Of a stretch of DNA of 64,000 bases, positions 60,752 to 64,000 are shown one piece after another. The translations under genes and the position numbers were made by a program. The DNA comes from Trichodelitschia bisporula (Eukaryota), in contig ML996689.1 in NCBI GenBank assembly GCA_010356995.1, positions 62,001-126,000 of the forward strand, in the 5' to 3' direction. The notes beneath the pieces were generated by a model. It was not told the origin of the DNA and made no database searches. It worked only from the letters and a program-made list of their open reading frames with translations. Position 1 is the first letter of the stretch; the number at the start of each line of letters is the position of its first letter.

Positions 60752-63635
60752 CTACTGCGGCACATCCTCAACCCTCAACCCCTTAATAACCTCAATCCTC
60801 GCCTCCGAATCCAGGGTGTAAACACGCAGCCCAACAACGCAAACCGCGTTCCACGGATCTTTGGCAAACATATCATCATCCGTCTCATCGCCGCTGCTCT
60901 CGTCTTCCGACGGCGTCGGTGGGCCATCGACTTCACTGTCCCATGAAAAGTCCGAGTCGGCGACGGAGCTGATCTCGCTCAGCGCGTCCTCGGAATCGGA
61001 TTCGCAGTGGTGGTCGAGCTCGCTCAGGTCGTCGGCGGGTGAGTTCCTGCCGGCACCGGGGGCGGAGGGAGCTTCAGGGGCGGAGGGAGCTTCGGGGGGG
61101 GAGATGCCGGCTTTGGAGTCTTCCTCTTCTTCTTCCTCGTCGTCGTCGTCGTCCTCTTCTTCGTCTTCATCTTCCCACTCGACTTCTTCGCCTTTACCTT
61201 CATCCTTGGCTCCGACCTCGGCCTCAGCCTCGTCATCGCCGTCCTCAGACGAATCTTCAGCTTCAGGCTCAGCGGCCACGGGAACGTCTTTTCCTTTCGG
61301 TTTGACCGTTTCCTCAGCTGCAGGCTTGTCATCCTTCTTCGCAGCGGCCCCCTTCCTACTCATCTTGCCCTTAGCAATCTCCCTCTTAGCCCTCCCAGCC
61401 TTCTCATCCTCCTTCTTCTTCGCCTTCTCAGCCCTCTTCCTCTCCACCCTCTCCCTCCGCTCCGCCTTCTTAATCTCCAACTTCCGCTTCTCCTCCGCCC
61501 TGACACGCCTCTTCCTTGCCTTCTCCTTCGCCCGCTCCTTGCGCCTCTGCCTTCGCTCCACAAGCAGTGCCTCATGCTCCTCCCACCGCGCATCCCGGCA
61601 ATCCTCCCTCTCATTCTCCTTCTCCTTTTCGCGCAACCTCCCCTTCGCATGCGCAAGCTCAAAGCTCCTTCCCACAGCCATAAGTTTCTCAGCCTTGTCC
61701 GTGCGATACTTGCGAATAGCCTCCGCGCGGGTCAGCGCGTCGCCCCGCTCAGCCTCGATCTTGACTAGCACCGTGTACGTGCCGGCATCGAGATGTGTCT
61801 CCGCGCTGCACGAGCGCCGCGAGCCAGGCCGCTCCATCGATCTTAGCAGATACGTCTCCTCGCCCGCGCGATACAGCCGGAAGTGCAGGTAGAACGCAAA
61901 CCGGCCCGCTAGACCACGGAAGTAGCGCTCGTCCGGCTGCGCGAGCACAATAACCGTGGGTCCCGCCTTAGGGAGCGTAAGCGTAAAGCCAGTGTCTAGG
62001 TACGTGGGCGCCCAGGGTGCGTTGAGCGCAGTCCACTGCTGGGTAACGCTCCACTCCGGGCCAATAAGCCGCGTGCGATTGATCTCAGGATAGAACTTGA
62101 GGAAGTCGCGGTAGGCAATCCAGAAGATGCCGTCGTCGCCGAATGTGTGCTGTAGCTCTTTCATAACCTCTGGACTCCACTCGCGGCTGCCGTCCGACCA
62201 CCGCCCGTTCCACTCCACCCGACCCCAGGGGTTGCGGATCTTGAGCAGGCGGACTGTGGATTCGCCTGTGCCGGGCAGCGGCTTGCCTATTTTTGAGGCT
62301 TTTTCTTCTTCCGCTTTGATGTTGGCCGGCTTTGCGATCTCGCGCGCAGAGAGGACGGTGTACGCGTGCCCGCGGACGAAACCTTCTTCGTCGGCCGGGA
62401 GGTCGTCGCGGCCACGCCGGCTGGAGCAGTTGAATAGGAAGGCGTCGTTGACTTGCAAGAGCTCGCGCCACAGCTGCTCTTTGTCGAGGATGTCTTCGGT
62501 GTCGGTGCTGGTGGCTACGCCGCCGGTGAGGTCTTCGATGCCCTCGCTGGAAGGGAGTTAGCTAGTAAGAGGAAGGGGTAGAGTATACGCACCCTGGGTA
62601 TCCCCCCTCAATTGCCTGGTAGTCCCCATGTGCCTTAGCATACGCCTTCTCCATCAGCGGCAACCACGTCTCGTTCAGACTCTCGCAGCTAGCAAAATAC
62701 AGCGCACGACTCCCCTTTCGCAGCCCATCGCGGAAGTCAGCAGGCAGCGGACGGATCTCAGCGCCCAACTGGCACAGCTCCGTGGTGAAGGGGTTCTGGT
62801 CGCCGGGCACGCGGAGGAGATACTCAGTCTGGTAGTTCGTCGCATCGTCGGTGTGCCCAAGACACAACCGATCATCCACCACACTGCTAACCCACTCCCC
62901 ATCGCGAAAGAACACAAACCCATACACCCCCACCTTCTCATCCCTCGCCACACAAAGCCGTTCCAACAACGCCGTCTTCCCACTCAACGCACTCAACGCC
63001 GCCAAAAACCAACAATCCCCATTCCGTCCCTGCCTCACATCCGCCGCGGACGGGCCATCCTCAAAGAAAACCGGATTCTCAAAAATATCCTCCACGCGCT
63101 TCACAGTACCCACGCCCTTCAGTCCCTGGACACTCATAGGCCTCGCCTCCGCCCCCAAACTCTCCAACGTCTCCGGCTTGGCAAGCATAAACAACGGATC
63201 AAAGTACTTAGTATTCAGCCTGCGGGACTCCTGTACTATGGCCGCGACTTTAGCCCGACAACTCGCCGCCGCCTCGTCGAAGCTCGTCGCCGCGCGCTGG
63301 CTCCCCACCACGCCCGCCGTGTTCTGCCGCAGCGTCAAGTGCACCGGTCGGCCCTCGACGTCGCGCTCGACGCCGGATGCGGGTTGGGCGTGCGCGGCGC
63401 GGCGCCCGCGGAGGCGGGCCTTGCGGTCGGTGTGCTTTTTGCGTGTGAATGCGTCCCAGTGATGGTAGAAGGCGTCGTCTTTTAGCTTCTCGGCGGGGTT
63501 GGCGGACGGGGGGTCGTCCGGAGGGGGGGCTGGGGGTGCATCTTCCGCGTCATCGTAGAGGGGGCCTGGGTCGTACTCGTCGCCGACGGGTTGGGGGTGG
63601 GCGTGGCCGTGGGATATGGGGCGGAGGGGACGCAT
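60752..63635 (-). CDS. Calpain-like cysteine protease (fungal CysPc family with charged C-terminal tail)
   Basis: QGRNGDCWFLAAL (Cys), WLPLMEKAYAKAHGDY, GEGIEDLTGG across intron 62547-62592, GHAY (His), RNPWG (Asn) and DPWNAVCVVGLRVY. Confidence 0.92.
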
Positions 63636-64000
63636 TGCTGTGGTGCTTCGGGACGATGGAGGAGGATGGTGGGTTGGAGGGGTGAGTATGGGAGCTTGAA
63701 GTGCTAGCAGGTAGTGTCTCAAAGCTCCGTTGAGGTGAACGAAAGGAGAGAACAGCTCACGCGGGAGAAGCTCTCCTTATATGCATCCCCGCGCCCGCTG
63801 TCGAACCGTGGGGGCTGAAGCGGCTGACGTGCGGTATGCTGCGGGGCAAGGGTAGCTGCATGCGGTCCCGAGCTTCAGCCGTGCACCAGCTAGGACGCTG
63901 GTGGTTGGCCATGATGACATAGAAACGCGATGTTAGTCTCATAAGCAAGTGCGAACAGCTCCTCGGTTTTCTGAGAGGCGGGGCGGGATGAATGCCGCGC

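Overview
GC-rich genomic DNA from a filamentous ascomycete (Pezizomycotina-type short GT-AG introns of about 41-60 nt with CTRAC branch points; one 45-N assembly gap). About 21 protein-coding genes are recognisable, mostly housekeeping: XPC/Rad4, ARG2, an NAD-binding oxidoreductase, a DHA1 MFS, RRP8, a TPT-family transporter, MSB2, HPPD, TIP41, Aurora kinase, ATP23, PRO1, ATP19, MTP18, a BAHD acyltransferase and a calpain-like protease. There are also three tRNA-Ala(AGC) copies, a 1.1-kb TA-flanked TIR element and two decayed intron-containing genes. Best leads: (1) a candidate xyloglucan/isoprimeverose utilisation locus made of a secreted IpeA-like GH3, a divergent sugar porter and a cytosolic YicI/AgdD-like GH31 alpha-xylosidase; (2) a head-to-head TTC36-like TPR gene and HPPD pair; (3) a tRNA-Ala copy whose 9-nt duplication-derived insert fits the canonical 37/38 intron site; (4) a triplicated exon-plus-intron unit; (5) a saw-tooth C-rich/G-rich skew running through coding sequence. 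All family assignments come from motif recognition by eye and memory, and no database search was run.
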